From IMG/VR virus record IMGVR_UViG_3300049846_000440: a stretch of 64,000 nt of DNA; one strand, given 5' to 3'. The DNA comes from an uncultured virus (IMG/VR IMGVR_UViG_3300049846_000440) (taxonomy: Duplodnaviria; Heunggongvirae; Uroviricota; Caudoviricetes). Every line of letters starts with the position of its first letter. Position 1 is the first letter of the stretch. Below, one piece after another: positions 1-8,963 of this stretch. The position numbers and the translations under genes were made by a program. Under the pieces are notes generated by a model. It had not been told where the DNA came from. It was given only the letters and a program-made list of their open reading frames with translations, and searched no databases.

Positions 1-82
1 AAAAAAGGTCAATTTGTCAGACTATAGGCAGACAAAACGGTGACTTCCTACGGGGCAAACGGTTTTCCAAACCGCTCCCCAC

Positions 83-113
83 AAAAAAAGGGGGACCCCC
101 GAAAGGGTCCCCC
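83..113 (-). terminator. Rho-independent terminator after the 129-587 gene
   Basis: GC stem GGGGGACCC/GGGTCCCCC (90-113) with an A7 run at 83-89, which is a U-tract on the minus strand, 16 nt downstream of the ORF stop. Confidence 0.8.
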
Positions 114-128
114 GTTTCTTAGATTCTC

Positions 129-587
129 TTATGCTTCCTTCGTCTCCGCTGCGGCAAATGCCGCTGCCGCCTTCTTCAAGAACTCTTCCAAAGTGACCCC
201 GTGCGCTTTGTGCGCCTTCGCTGAAGCCCGGAGTTGGGCCTCCGCCGTTGCTAAGGGGTTGGACTCTTTCTCTTTGATAACGAATCCGAGGCGGTTCCGC
301 AGAACCCTGCCAAGGGTTGCCTCGGAAACGGACGGCCTCATGGCTTTTATCAAGCCCTCCGCTTCTTTCCGAATCCTATTTTTATCAGAGGATGGGACGT
401 CCTCCCATTGCTTGGGGAATGGCACCATAAGGGAGAAGCCCCACATGGCGCGAATCTGTTTTACATTAACGGATTCTTGTGAAGAGATTGCGTCCACGAG
501 TTGGGCCAATTGGTGCTTGGCCTCAGTGAACGGCTTGAATGTAAATGCGGTTTCGGTTGCGGTTGCGTTTTTCTTGGATGCTTTCAT
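129..587 (-). CDS. hypothetical early protein (152 aa, Lys/Ala-rich)
   Basis: Clean ORF with an A-rich leader (AAACCAAATACATAAAATG) like the early genes at the right end; followed by a terminator. Confidence 0.75.
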   Translation of the reverse strand: MKASKKNATATETAFTFKPFTEAKHQLAQLVDAISSQESVNVKQIRAMWGFSLMVPFPKQWEDVPSSDKNRIRKEAEGLIKAMRPSVSEATLGRVLRNRLGFVIKEKESNPLATAEAQLRASAKAHKAHGVTLEEFLKKAAAAFAAAETKEA

Positions 588-659
588 TTTATGTATTTGG
601 TTTCAGGGAAGCGGTCATTCGCTCCCTTCGCAATAGATACGTAGCACCGTAAGAATCCG

Positions 660-686
660 GCGCTTAAATCATAATGAGATAAGCGC
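660..686. promoter_or_regulatory. imperfect palindrome GCTTAAATCATAATGAGATAAGC, putative operator (copy 1 of 3)
   Basis: 22-bp core CTTAAATCATAATGAGATAAGC is identical at 62667-62688 and has one mismatch at 63148-63169. Confidence 0.6.
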
Positions 687-689
687 ATC

Positions 690-1220
690 GAACCCCCACC
701 CCCCGTCGGACCCTAGGGTATAAGTGGCAGAGGTCGGACACGCTACGTAACCGCCAGAAAAATTTTTTCCCATTTTTGGAGTTGTGTAGTTACGTATTTA
801 TTTCGTTGCTGCTTTTACGGTGTAATTCAGCAGTAGGCGAATACTGTTCTATCTCTTTTCAGGGGTGCAGGCGAAGTGGGTTTCAGGCAGGGGACTAAGG
901 GGGGCCAAAAAATCGTGCCCCTATTCATCCGATCCGCTGTCAGAGCCAATCCCAAGGACAAGTGGAGTAAAGTGGACATAAAAAAAAAAGTATAGTAAAG
1001 TATATATATAAGGGGTACGGCACGGATCGCCAGCAGCGGGCGGCGGAGCGACAGCGGCGAATACGGCGCAGCGGAAAAGAGAGTTTTTGAATCCTGCCCA
1101 CTTCCCCCACTTTCCCTCCTTTCCGCTCTGGTGGCGGAAAAGACGAAGGGGGACCTATTTTTGGTCCCCCTTTTCTACCCCTCAAAGGGGTACATGAATC
1201 AGTTCTTGCGAGATTATTTC
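690..1220. other. non-coding region, candidate replication origin or packaging/terminus region
   Basis: No credible ORF; C-runs, AAAAATTTTTT, an AT-rich tract at 979-1011 and several AAGTGG/CCACTT hexamers; lies directly downstream of the primase-helicase gene. Confidence 0.4.
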
Positions 1221-1221
1221 A

Positions 1222-3333
1222 TTAACACATCTCAAATCGATACCTAGATATACCGTCTTTGATTCTTACAGTTTTTAATGGTGAATATACACCTAAAAGG
1301 GTGCGCAATTCTCTGCCCAAGCGAGACGGTGAATACTGTCTCATTAAATCAGCACCACCGGGAATGTTACTCCTGAGTTTACCTAGTAACTCTGTTGAAG
1401 TTATTTCAACAATTGGATCGCATTTCATCACCTGAGTCTCTCCTTCAATCCATAGCTGCAACACTTCTTTCAACGAAGTCGCTGAATCGCTCTCCCTTGA
1501 CGCATCCACCAATTCCTGATGGTGGAAACCCTGAATCCCAAAACGGCTGTTACCCGCTATGACATAAGCCGGGGCTTGCCATTGCTTGAGCCATGCCAAG
1601 AAGTATGGCAGTTCCTTCGCCACATTCGCCTCTTGCAGGTGATTCGACTGGAAAGTCGGCATGTACCCTCCAAACTTCAGCATCAAGATCTTGTCTGCGA
1701 TGGTGTTGTTGAGGGAAGGCAGGATTGCCAAGGACTGGGGATCAGTGTTGCAGGTTAACACGATGCGGCCTTTCCACGGAAATTCGACGGCATCCCTGAA
1801 TTTAGGATGGTAGGTAGCCACAGGATTGGCTACGTGGCGTTTGAGGGTCTCTCCGAAGCGTACAGCCTCGTTCCTATTCGATGCGTAGGCTGCGTCGTCG
1901 ATTCGCCAGATACACGTTTCGGCGGCTTGCTTGTTGAAATTGGTTTTGCCTTGCAGGATATCCGAGGCATCGACGCTTCCACCGAGGGCTGCGCCTATGA
2001 TGCAGCGGCTCATAAAGGTTTTGCCTTGTCCGGCGTCTCCAGCGAGTACCAACATTTGCCCTTGGGCTAGGTGGTGGTTCCTTGCCGACACCCAAAGTCT
2101 CTGGAACCAAGCCAGAAAATAATCCATTTGGGTATTTGACCCGTCAGGCTGCACAAAAATGTTGGTGATGAAGTCGTAGATCCACGGGAACATGGTGACA
2201 TCGACTACATCTGCCTCCTGCATCGCCTCTCTTCGACCGATGTTCAGCACCTTATCGCCGTTCAGGTTGACGATTTCGTCCTTTTCAAACAACAGGGGTG
2301 CAGCGAAGTCGATTTTCCGTGCGTCCTGTACGGCGCACAGAACCTTTTCAGCTCTGGAAATGACTTCCTTCCCACTCGTCTTGTTGGGGACGCCGAAGTT
2401 TCGTAGGTGCATTAAGGAATCGTCCTTGGTTCGGCCCACCCAATCCTCGTCTACATGCCACCAGTAGAGTTTGCCATCATACCACATGGAATCGACAAAG
2501 CCTTTTACCGCCTGTACCTCCCATTTCTGTACAAATGCTTTGCCTAAGACCTTATCCCAAGGCATGAAACTCGCCTCGGCCCTGCTGCTGTAGCAGATCA
2601 TCCCAAAGTCCCCTACTTGGCAGCCGATTCGGTCGATGCCGTCATCCACCCAGAAGAGCGGTCCACGGCAGCCTACCTCAAACTTCCCTTTCCATCGTCC
2701 GGGGTAGAGTTTCTCCACCTCATTTGCCACCTCTTCGATAGGGATAACCAGAGTTTCGTTACCAAATATCTTTTCTGTAGCCGAATCTAGGGTCCAGATA
2801 CCCACCAAGTCCGTAGGAATGGGATTTGAGGCCGCGTTGCGCTCCCAGTGGGTGCCTAATTCAAAGTACTGGGAGTCTTTTAGGGAGCTTTCATCGAATC
2901 CGGGAAGGAGTTCTTTGACTTTCAGCTCCTTCGCCATCGTCTTGAGGAAGCGTTCTGCCAGTTTGTGGTTGTCCAGTAGCAGCGGTTCTTCAAATTCCCA
3001 GATCAACCTAGCCCCACCGGAGAAAGTTTTTGTCGCCCATGTCGGCGCGAAGAGTTCGGAGGCGAACGCTTCCTTGATCATGTCGTCGTTGATGTCCGCA
3101 TCGTAGTCAGCAACGAACCCGTGGAGCATTTTGGCTGGGTTGCTGCGGCTGATGCGTAGATCTCGGTTGACTCCCTCCCATGCCGAGTAGAAGCAGTGGT
3201 TGGTTTTGTTGTTGCTGCACCACGCACGGAATTCCTCCTTGGAGTTCAGGGTCGGACGTTGGCTTGGTTCAGGGGGACAGGGTATCGGTTCGGCGGTTTG
3301 ACTCGCCAAGTTGTTGATTTTGTGTAGGATCAT
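1222..3333 (-). CDS. primase-helicase (N-terminal primase-polymerase-like domain, C-terminal DUF5906/SF3-like P-loop NTPase)
   Basis: Walker A GDAGQGKT, Walker B-like WRIDDA, IVLTCN motif; N-terminal FVADYDA...TFSGGARLIW. Start moved to ATG 3333, which overlaps the upstream stop (ATGA). Confidence 0.8.
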   Translation of the reverse strand: MILHKINNLASQTAEPIPCPPEPSQRPTLNSKEEFRAWCSNNKTNHCFYSAWEGVNRDLRISRSNPAKMLHGFVADYDADINDDMIKEAFASELFAPTWATKTFSGGARLIWEFEEPLLLDNHKLAERFLKTMAKELKVKELLPGFDESSLKDSQYFELGTHWERNAASNPIPTDLVGIWTLDSATEKIFGNETLVIPIEEVANEVEKLYPGRWKGKFEVGCRGPLFWVDDGIDRIGCQVGDFGMICYSSRAEASFMPWDKVLGKAFVQKWEVQAVKGFVDSMWYDGKLYWWHVDEDWVGRTKDDSLMHLRNFGVPNKTSGKEVISRAEKVLCAVQDARKIDFAAPLLFEKDEIVNLNGDKVLNIGRREAMQEADVVDVTMFPWIYDFITNIFVQPDGSNTQMDYFLAWFQRLWVSARNHHLAQGQMLVLAGDAGQGKTFMSRCIIGAALGGSVDASDILQGKTNFNKQAAETCIWRIDDAAYASNRNEAVRFGETLKRHVANPVATYHPKFRDAVEFPWKGRIVLTCNTDPQSLAILPSLNNTIADKILMLKFGGYMPTFQSNHLQEANVAKELPYFLAWLKQWQAPAYVIAGNSRFGIQGFHHQELVDASRESDSATSLKEVLQLWIEGETQVMKCDPIVEITSTELLGKLRSNIPGGADLMRQYSPSRLGRELRTLLGVYSPLKTVRIKDGISRYRFEMC

Positions 3334-3596
3334 GTTGACTTTTTGTTTAAAGCTCTGACGTGTCTGATCTTGCAGGGTACGGAACAGCAAAGTTTGAAAT
3401 GGTACAGCGGTCGGTCAAACTCTGTTCCGCAGGCTACGCAGTTGAGCGTTCTTAGGTGCCGCATCTTTCGCGCCTTGATCTCGTAGAGGTGTACTCCGTC
3501 CTTATAGGGTCCGCTGAAAGTGCAGGCCCCATCGACATAGACCAGTGCTGTACGGAAAGATCGGTTGTGGAACGCTATTCTAGTTCCTGCAACCAT
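3330..3596 (-). CDS. hypothetical protein with C-terminal Zn-finger
   Basis: CVACGTEF...CCSVPCK; ATGA overlap with the primase gene; start uncertain. Confidence 0.55.
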   Translation of the reverse strand: MVAGTRIAFHNRSFRTALVYVDGACTFSGPYKDGVHLYEIKARKMRHLRTLNCVACGTEFDRPLYHFKLCCSVPCKIRHVRALNKKST

Positions 3597-3754
3597 GAAT
3601 GCGGGACGTTCATTTGGTACATCGTAAATTGTCCCGGACCTGTGCATCCCTCTGACGGGGCTGCGTGATCGGTAAACTTGATCTCCGCAGAATGTTCGGT
3701 TTCGCTGATTACGTTCACGATGCGCTCAAACCCGTGGGGGAATTTGCACTTCAT
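3575..3754 (-). CDS. hypothetical protein
   Basis: Fills the gap in a tightly packed operon (MKCKFPHGF...). Confidence 0.45.
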   Translation of the reverse strand: MKCKFPHGFERIVNVISETEHSAEIKFTDHAAPSEGCTGPGQFTMYQMNVPHSWLQELE

Positions 3755-4352
3755 CTTCTTTGGTAATGGCTGTGTATTGGGCATTTTGCTTAGAGGTTTC
3801 TGCGTGGTAGGTATCAGGTGATACCACTCGGTAATCGAGCGGGTGTCCCGGCTTTACCCATGAGTCGTCCTTCCATAGAATCCGGTTGTTCGGCATCGCC
3901 GCTATTTGTCCGGACCCATCTTCAAGGAGCAAGAAGTGGTAGCATTTGTGTTCTGGCGGGTACAGGGAATATCCGTTGTTTGTGTGGTCTGCGGTGAACC
4001 AGTAAGAACCACGCACCAGTTCGCCGTTGCGTTGCCTGTAGTCGCAGACCATGTCCCGTAGGTACTCGTACTGAGTAACTGCGAAGTCCCAGCCATGGCA
4101 ATCCCACATCTGGAGTTCGTTGAGCGGGTGCGGCCCCTGTGTCGGCAATTCCCAGCGCAGCATATGCAGCGGAACTCTCGCCCACTGTGCGCCGGACTCG
4201 CAAAGGATGGAGAAAGTCCATGCCCTTGACGGTACGGATGTGATTCCGAAGATAACGCAGGGTTCAAACTGTCCTGCGAACAGCTCATCCATTCCACGGA
4301 GGAATCGGCTATCGACAAAGCCGTACAGGTGCTGGGGTACTGAAGCGTTCAT
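3726..4352 (-). CDS. conserved-looking phage hypothetical protein (208 aa)
   Basis: Long ORF in operon direction, globular composition. Confidence 0.75.
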   Translation of the reverse strand: MNASVPQHLYGFVDSRFLRGMDELFAGQFEPCVIFGITSVPSRAWTFSILCESGAQWARVPLHMLRWELPTQGPHPLNELQMWDCHGWDFAVTQYEYLRDMVCDYRQRNGELVRGSYWFTADHTNNGYSLYPPEHKCYHFLLLEDGSGQIAAMPNNRILWKDDSWVKPGHPLDYRVVSPDTYHAETSKQNAQYTAITKEDEVQIPPRV

Positions 4353-4378
4353 TTCTAGGTGTTTATACCCGTTTTTCG

Positions 4379-4606
4379 CTATACCCCGGTAGAAACAGGT
4401 ATAGTTCCCGGTATCTCATTGTACGCCCCGTTTTCCCAAACGTGGATTCTGTGTTTTGGCTGAGTTTGTTCTAGGCCGCGTAGCCTGTATTCCACACGCT
4501 GCTTTAGCTCCGACAAGGAATCGTAGGTATCGTCTTTTCCCCACCACCTTGCACAACCGATAGAACGGTCAATTTCTTCCAGTACGATTTGTTTAATCTG
4601 TTCCAT
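4379..4606 (-). CDS. hypothetical protein
   Basis: Operon packing; start taken at MEQIKQ. Confidence 0.55.
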   Translation of the reverse strand: MEQIKQIVLEEIDRSIGCARWWGKDDTYDSLSELKQRVEYRLRGLEQTQPKHRIHVWENGAYNEIPGTIPVSTGV

Positions 4607-4898
4607 GTAGCTTTTCGTATTGATGTTTTGCAATTTGTTCCATGTCAAACCCAATGTTTTGTTGGAACTGGGTTTCCGTTTCGATGTGGCGGAACAGCCG
4701 CTCCAACCGGAAGATGTAGGCAGAGGCTATCCGTATCATAAACGCGGCGTTCTCAAATCGCCGTAGGGTTTCGACTCCCCTTTGTTTCGCCTTGCGGTCG
4801 ATCAGGATCGCCTTCTCGACCATCTCTGCCATCTTGTTAAGGCTATCTGAAACGCTGATTTCTTTTTTGGTTTTCCCTTTTGGTTTTCGTTTCTGCAT
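4593..4898 (-). CDS. hypothetical protein
   Basis: Operon packing. Confidence 0.6.
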   Translation of the reverse strand: MQKRKPKGKTKKEISVSDSLNKMAEMVEKAILIDRKAKQRGVETLRRFENAAFMIRIASAYIFRLERLFRHIETETQFQQNIGFDMEQIAKHQYEKLHGTD

Positions 4899-5148
4899 AA
4901 AAAATTTCTAGTTTTTGGATTCCAAGCCACCCACGAACTTCTTCTGGCAATCGGTTCGTATACAGGGTTTTGCCGTTATTTTCAGCGGCCATGTACCAGA
5001 AACTCCCATCTATGTCGCCCACTAAGTAGACGATGACATTTTCTAGGGCTATGCCGCGTTGGTCTTTTTCTGCGGCGTAATCGGTGAGGGTTTCGTCGAT
5101 CCAGAACTTTACGCCTTTCTCGTTTTCAAAAGTCGGCTCATCGGTCAT
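4843..5148 (-). CDS. hypothetical protein
   Basis: ATGA overlap with the upstream gene. Confidence 0.65.
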   Translation of the reverse strand: MTDEPTFENEKGVKFWIDETLTDYAAEKDQRGIALENVIVYLVGDIDGSFWYMAAENNGKTLYTNRLPEEVRGWLGIQKLEIFYAETKTKRENQKRNQRFR

Positions 5149-5360
5149 TCACCCAAGTATCCATTGATCGTATCAGGATGAAATTCCTGAAATGCCAGAA
5201 TCTTTCTGAAAACGGCGATCCAGTCTTTCACATCCGCGTGTACGTTCACGACCAACGTAACGGAGTTTCCCTGATCATCTTCCATGGTGATCCTACAGAG
5301 TTTCTTGAACTCTGTTTTAGACTCGTTCTGTTTTACCATAACGTACATCTTGCTCCGCAA
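5145..5360 (-). CDS. hypothetical protein
   Basis: Operon packing; start uncertain. Confidence 0.55.
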   Translation of the reverse strand: MRSKMYVMVKQNESKTEFKKLCRITMEDDQGNSVTLVVNVHADVKDWIAVFRKILAFQEFHPDTINGYLGE

Positions 5361-5517
5361 CGTCTTCGACGGCGGGTTTTGTATCCGATTTCTTTTTTAT
5401 GGAGTCGACGAAAAGTTGGATTCCCTCGTTGTAGGGTCCCTCAAAGATCACCTTATCATCTTCGTAAACCAAAAACTTACTGGGTTTACTGGTGTGGTCC
5501 CATCTAGTGTGCAGCAT
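5317..5517 (-). CDS. hypothetical protein
   Basis: GGAGG upstream of ATG; operon packing. Confidence 0.55.
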   Translation of the reverse strand: MLHTRWDHTSKPSKFLVYEDDKVIFEGPYNEGIQLFVDSIKKKSDTKPAVEDVAEQDVRYGKTERV

Positions 5518-5680
5518 TTTCTTCCTCCGATTTTAATCTCGCTTCAAGACCTGCGTGGAATCCTTCCAGACGATCTCCTGTAAGCCCTAGTTCGTTAATC
5601 CACCATTCGTCTCGCAGTACGATGCAGTACCCGATCCGGTATCCGGTGTGCCAGTCTTTGGATTTGGTTTCTTCAGACAT
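5504..5680 (-). CDS. hypothetical protein (58 aa, not in ORF track)
   Basis: Hand translation MSEETKSKDWHTGYRIGY...EEENAAH; TGATG overlap with the upstream stop. Confidence 0.55.
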   Translation of the reverse strand: MSEETKSKDWHTGYRIGYCIVLRDEWWINELGLTGDRLEGFHAGLEARLKSEEENAAH

Positions 5681-5904
5681 CAGAATACATTTTTACGCTG
5701 TCCATCGCGCAATAAAAACGCGACCTCGTCTAGCAGACTTCGGGCGGCAACCAGCTCCTCCTTTACACTCTCCAATTCTTTGACTGCTTCATCCCTTTCG
5801 GATTCCAACGTCTCCACTTTGTCCTGCAAAAAGTGAATTTGGTTTTGAGCTTCGTACAACTCAATCCTCAGATCGTTTTCTTCTTCAGTCATAGTCAGAA
5901 CCAC
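5680..5904 (-). CDS. coiled-coil hypothetical protein
   Basis: Heptad-like Glu/Leu pattern. Confidence 0.6.
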   Translation of the reverse strand: MVLTMTEEENDLRIELYEAQNQIHFLQDKVETLESERDEAVKELESVKEELVAARSLLDEVAFLLRDGQRKNVF

Positions 5905-6158
5905 AGTTTATGGTACTCCTTTGTCAGAGTTTCCTTGAGCGTGAATAGCAGTTCTTTAAGCGCCGAAGCCTCTCCCTTGTATCGGTAAGCCTCTTTGATG
6001 GTTTCGTTTAGTTCTGCCTTCAGCGCATCCCGCTCCCGCTCTAGTTTGCGAGCGAAATCGCTGAGAACCCAATCGCCAGAATAATCTGGGCGCATTGATA
6101 GGTAGATCTTGTCTCCTAAATTGCATGAGTTTTCGTCCGTCTCCGGTGTGTCGCTCAT
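5895..6158 (-). CDS. hypothetical protein, MSDTPETD family paralog 2
   Basis: MSDTPETD...DFARKLERERDALK; ATGA overlap. Confidence 0.7.
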   Translation of the reverse strand: MSDTPETDENSCNLGDKIYLSMRPDYSGDWVLSDFARKLERERDALKAELNETIKEAYRYKGEASALKELLFTLKETLTKEYHKLWF

Positions 6159-6439
6159 TTCTTTTCCTCCTTGAGTAGGTATAGTTTTGCGCGGAGTTCA
6201 GACTCAATACTTGTGTCACTCCAACCAACTTCTTCAATCGCAATCGCAGCAAGGTTGTAGAGCTTGGCGTTCTTCAATTTCAGTGCATTCCGCTCTCGCT
6301 CCAGCCTGCGAGCAAAATCTGCATCCACCAAATTTTTACCAATTGTTACGTTCTTTTTTACTGCATAAATATCGCAGCATCCTTTGCTGCTGATAACAAT
6401 CGAATCTGCTTCTTTATCTGTTTCTGGTGTGTCGCTCAT
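6155..6439 (-). CDS. hypothetical protein, MSDTPETD family paralog 1
   Basis: MSDTPETD...DFARRLERERNALK; start at ATG 6439 with GGAGG SD. Confidence 0.7.
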   Translation of the reverse strand: MSDTPETDKEADSIVISSKGCCDIYAVKKNVTIGKNLVDADFARRLERERNALKLKNAKLYNLAAIAIEEVGWSDTSIESELRAKLYLLKEEKK

Positions 6440-6621
6440 TTCGCCTCCTCCCATTTTAATGTGACATGTTGTTTCTCTACTACCCACTTTGCAAAGCCGC
6501 GCTTAACAGCTTCCTCTTCTAAACGCCTTCTACTTTTTTCTGTTGAAATCAACAAAACTAACAAAATTGCACATAAACCGATAACGCCGCACTCATCTAT
6601 TCCCATGAAGCCTTTACTCAT
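6436..6621 (-). CDS. small membrane protein
   Basis: One hydrophobic helix (VIGLCAILLVLLI); GGAGG SD. Confidence 0.6.
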   Translation of the reverse strand: MSKGFMGIDECGVIGLCAILLVLLISTEKSRRRLEEEAVKRGFAKWVVEKQHVTLKWEEAK

Positions 6622-6821
6622 TTCGCCTCCTTTATTTTTTCCAGAATCTCAGCCGGATCTTCGACTACGCACAGAGAACCTAAATTACTTAATAGTATTA
6701 ACGTCCAGTTATTCGTTCGGTGAAACGCTAAAATAGATGCTACGTTTACCCAAACCCTTCCAGTAGGGTTGTTTTGAATCAATGCTCCGTATGGAGACTC
6801 TTCAAGAGATATGAATTTCAT
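6618..6821 (-). CDS. hypothetical protein
   Basis: Operon packing, SD upstream. Confidence 0.6.
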   Translation of the reverse strand: MKFISLEESPYGALIQNNPTGRVWVNVASILAFHRTNNWTLILLSNLGSLCVVEDPAEILEKIKEAK

Positions 6822-6823
6822 TT

Positions 6824-7069
6824 CTAATCCTCCTCAGGCAGTACTTGTTTAAACCCTGCATCAGTCCACCGAGTGTGCAGCCGGACTATCCTTCCGCCCC
6901 TCCATACAAACTCGATCTCGACGGTTATATCCTTCCCTGCTGGAGTATAAGATCCGTCCTCGTGATGCTTGCCATCGTATGGCTTTTCTTTGATGTCTAC
7001 AATTGTTACTCTTTGCGGGGTTCCGCCACCCATCCAAATGTAATCGCAGTTTATTTTAGGCTCGCTCAT
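6824..7069 (-). CDS. hypothetical protein
   Basis: AGGAG SD before ATG 7069. Confidence 0.6.
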   Translation of the reverse strand: MSEPKINCDYIWMGGGTPQRVTIVDIKEKPYDGKHHEDGSYTPAGKDITVEIEFVWRGGRIVRLHTRWTDAGFKQVLPEED

Positions 7070-7080
7070 AGCTCCTACTT

Positions 7081-7326
7081 TCAACTTGGATACACCGCTT
7101 CAATCAAAGCCATCGCCCGTTGCCGTGCAGTAAGTTGCCAGATGTATTTCGTTTTCATGGTCGCATCCCAAATTCTTTGGTTCATCCGAAATAATTGCTC
7201 TTCGGAAAGGTGCGTTTCAGCTTCTGCAATTGCGTTGAGATCGTTGCAGTAGTCTTTCGCGCATTTCCAATGCGGGTCACCACCTGTGATTTCGCAGATC
7301 CGATTGTTGATTTGATAGTCGTTCAT
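7081..7326 (-). CDS. small phage protein (DYCNDLNA...TARQRA type)
   Basis: Motif pattern common in small phage ORFs. Confidence 0.65.
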   Translation of the reverse strand: MNDYQINNRICEITGGDPHWKCAKDYCNDLNAIAEAETHLSEEQLFRMNQRIWDATMKTKYIWQLTARQRAMALIEAVYPS

Positions 7327-7331
7327 TTTGT

Positions 7332-7604
7332 TTACCAGCAGTAATCGTCTGACGGCCTGCCGTAGGCCCTATTATTCCAACGCTGCATCGCCTCGCTTGG
7401 GATTTCGCCTTTTCCGTATTTGTCTGCCTGCGATGTTGGGATATAAACCCAAGGCCCAATCGCTCCGCACGGTATGCACATTACATTTGCGGGGGTTCCC
7501 TCCATATCTGGGACGCCGAGCAGTCCGGTCAGTTCTTTGCTGCCACAAAACGGGCAGGGTTTTTTGAACTCAGCCCACGCTTCGTTTATTTGTTCGTCAG
7601 TCAT
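7332..7604 (-). CDS. lar: Lar-family restriction alleviation Zn-finger protein
   Basis: KPCPFCGS...VMCIPCGAIGP...AMQRWNNR. Confidence 0.75.
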   Translation of the reverse strand: MTDEQINEAWAEFKKPCPFCGSKELTGLLGVPDMEGTPANVMCIPCGAIGPWVYIPTSQADKYGKGEIPSEAMQRWNNRAYGRPSDDYCW

Positions 7605-7726
7605 TTTATAGCTTCATTAATTATTATAAATACTGCATGTAAATACGTTCCCCAAACAAGGAACATATGTGGATGGGCTTTGTGGAATTCCAATTCTGCT
7701 CTCAATTCATCCAAGAGTTCTTTCAT
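7601..7726 (-). CDS. small hypothetical protein (41 aa, not in ORF track)
   Basis: MKELLDELRAELEFHKAHPHMFLVWGTYLHAVFIIINEAIK; ATGA overlaps at both ends. Confidence 0.5.
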   Translation of the reverse strand: MKELLDELRAELEFHKAHPHMFLVWGTYLHAVFIIINEAIK

Positions 7727-7929
7727 TCCCCATCCTCGTTTACCAAAAACGCTACCTTTTTATAATGAGCTTGGAAGTACTCCAGCGGGCACGAGGCATC
7801 CTTATCTTCGGCATCTTCAATGTTCACCTTGTCCATGGAGACACGTCCGAAGAAAATGCTCCCGGTGGGGCAATACGCCAGCGTGTTGCTGCGAGCATCG
7901 TAGTAAAACGCTCCGGCTTCAGGTCTCAT
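7723..7929 (-). CDS. hypothetical protein
   Basis: Operon packing, SD. Confidence 0.55.
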   Translation of the reverse strand: MRPEAGAFYYDARSNTLAYCPTGSIFFGRVSMDKVNIEDAEDKDASCPLEYFQAHYKKVAFLVNEDGE

Positions 7930-8371
7930 TTCGACTCCTCTCCTTCATCTCGGCTAACTCAAGTTCCCTAACGGCATTGTAAGCGTCGTAGATACCAGAG
8001 TCGACGGGCCTTATGCTTTCCCGTTTTACCACTGCATTTTTAAGTTTCAACGCTGCCTCACGCCATTTGTCACGCTCCTCGGCCAACCGCATCGCAGCAG
8101 CGAGTAGCCCCTCCCATTTAAGTGGTTTGATCACAGCACACAGATTTTTGCTCCTCTCGTTGTAGTCCGCGACTTGTCTCTCCGCGTTTGCAAGTCTCTC
8201 CCGCAGGGCATCCACCACCCCTTCGCTGCTGGCTCGATCCAGCATCTTGTTAGCGTAATTCCACGCGTGTTTGACGGTATCGTCATCGTTTACACCGCAT
8301 TTAGCCGCGTCTGAGATCATAGCCTGCATCGCCAACCCGGCGTACCAGTGCTTTATCTGTTCTTCAGTCAT
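7919..8371 (-). CDS. hypothetical protein (YAGLAMQAMI motif plus coiled coil)
   Basis: Start at MTEEQIKHWY, ATGA overlap. Confidence 0.7.
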   Translation of the reverse strand: MTEEQIKHWYAGLAMQAMISDAAKCGVNDDDTVKHAWNYANKMLDRASSEGVVDALRERLANAERQVADYNERSKNLCAVIKPLKWEGLLAAAMRLAEERDKWREAALKLKNAVVKRESIRPVDSGIYDAYNAVRELELAEMKERSRNET

Positions 8372-8679
8372 TTGGATTCCTCCTTCACGAAGCACCCGTT
8401 CGGAAGCAGCGTCCCCTTACGATCCTTGATTTGCTCCCACGCTACGTGCAGGCAATCCTGCAAACACGTACCCTGTAGGGCGCAGAGGTTAATCAAGCAG
8501 ACGACGACATCCCCAATTGCATCTTGCATCTCTGCGTACTGCCGTTTGTTCAGGGCATCCGCCAGTTCTCCCATCTCAGAAACGGCCTTGAGGAACTGCG
8601 CCTCCGGCGTTGCGTTAGGGATGATTCTCCTGTCCGTGGCCCAGTTAATTACGTTTTGTTCTAGTTCGTTTAGTGTCAT
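8368..8679 (-). CDS. MazG-like nucleotide pyrophosphohydrolase
   Basis: WATDRRI...QFLKAVSEMGELADA...DAIGDVVVCLI...AWEQIKDRKG...GCFVKE. Confidence 0.85.
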   Translation of the reverse strand: MTLNELEQNVINWATDRRIIPNATPEAQFLKAVSEMGELADALNKRQYAEMQDAIGDVVVCLINLCALQGTCLQDCLHVAWEQIKDRKGTLLPNGCFVKEESK

Positions 8680-8683
8680 ATGT

Positions 8684-8962
8684 TTACTTCGTGTAGCGTT
8701 GTAGTGCCGCGCATTTGCGGGAGCAGAACCGATGGGATCTGCGGTTTTTGATGATCAGTTTGTTGCAGTGTTCGCAGCGAATGTGAGTGCCGACTTCCGG
8801 TACCCGCCAGTCTTTGCGGTTGTTGTATCGGGCGGTGTGTCGCTTGTGCGCCGCCTTCAGTTTCTCTTGGCTATACCGCTCGTGCTTAGGGCGGTACATC
8901 CAGTCATTGCATGAGCAAATCCACTCGCCTTCGGGGATGCTCAGGGTTAGGTGGTGTGTCAT
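8684..8962 (-). CDS. Zn-finger hypothetical protein
   Basis: WICSC...H...H and CEHC...FCSRKC. Confidence 0.65.
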   Translation of the reverse strand: MTHHLTLSIPEGEWICSCNDWMYRPKHERYSQEKLKAAHKRHTARYNNRKDWRVPEVGTHIRCEHCNKLIIKNRRSHRFCSRKCAALQRYTK

Positions 8963-8963
8963 T

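Noticed and set aside
40..636. 198-aa plus-strand ORF
   Set aside because: Antisense to the 129-587 gene, which has the leader and terminator; it also runs through that terminator.
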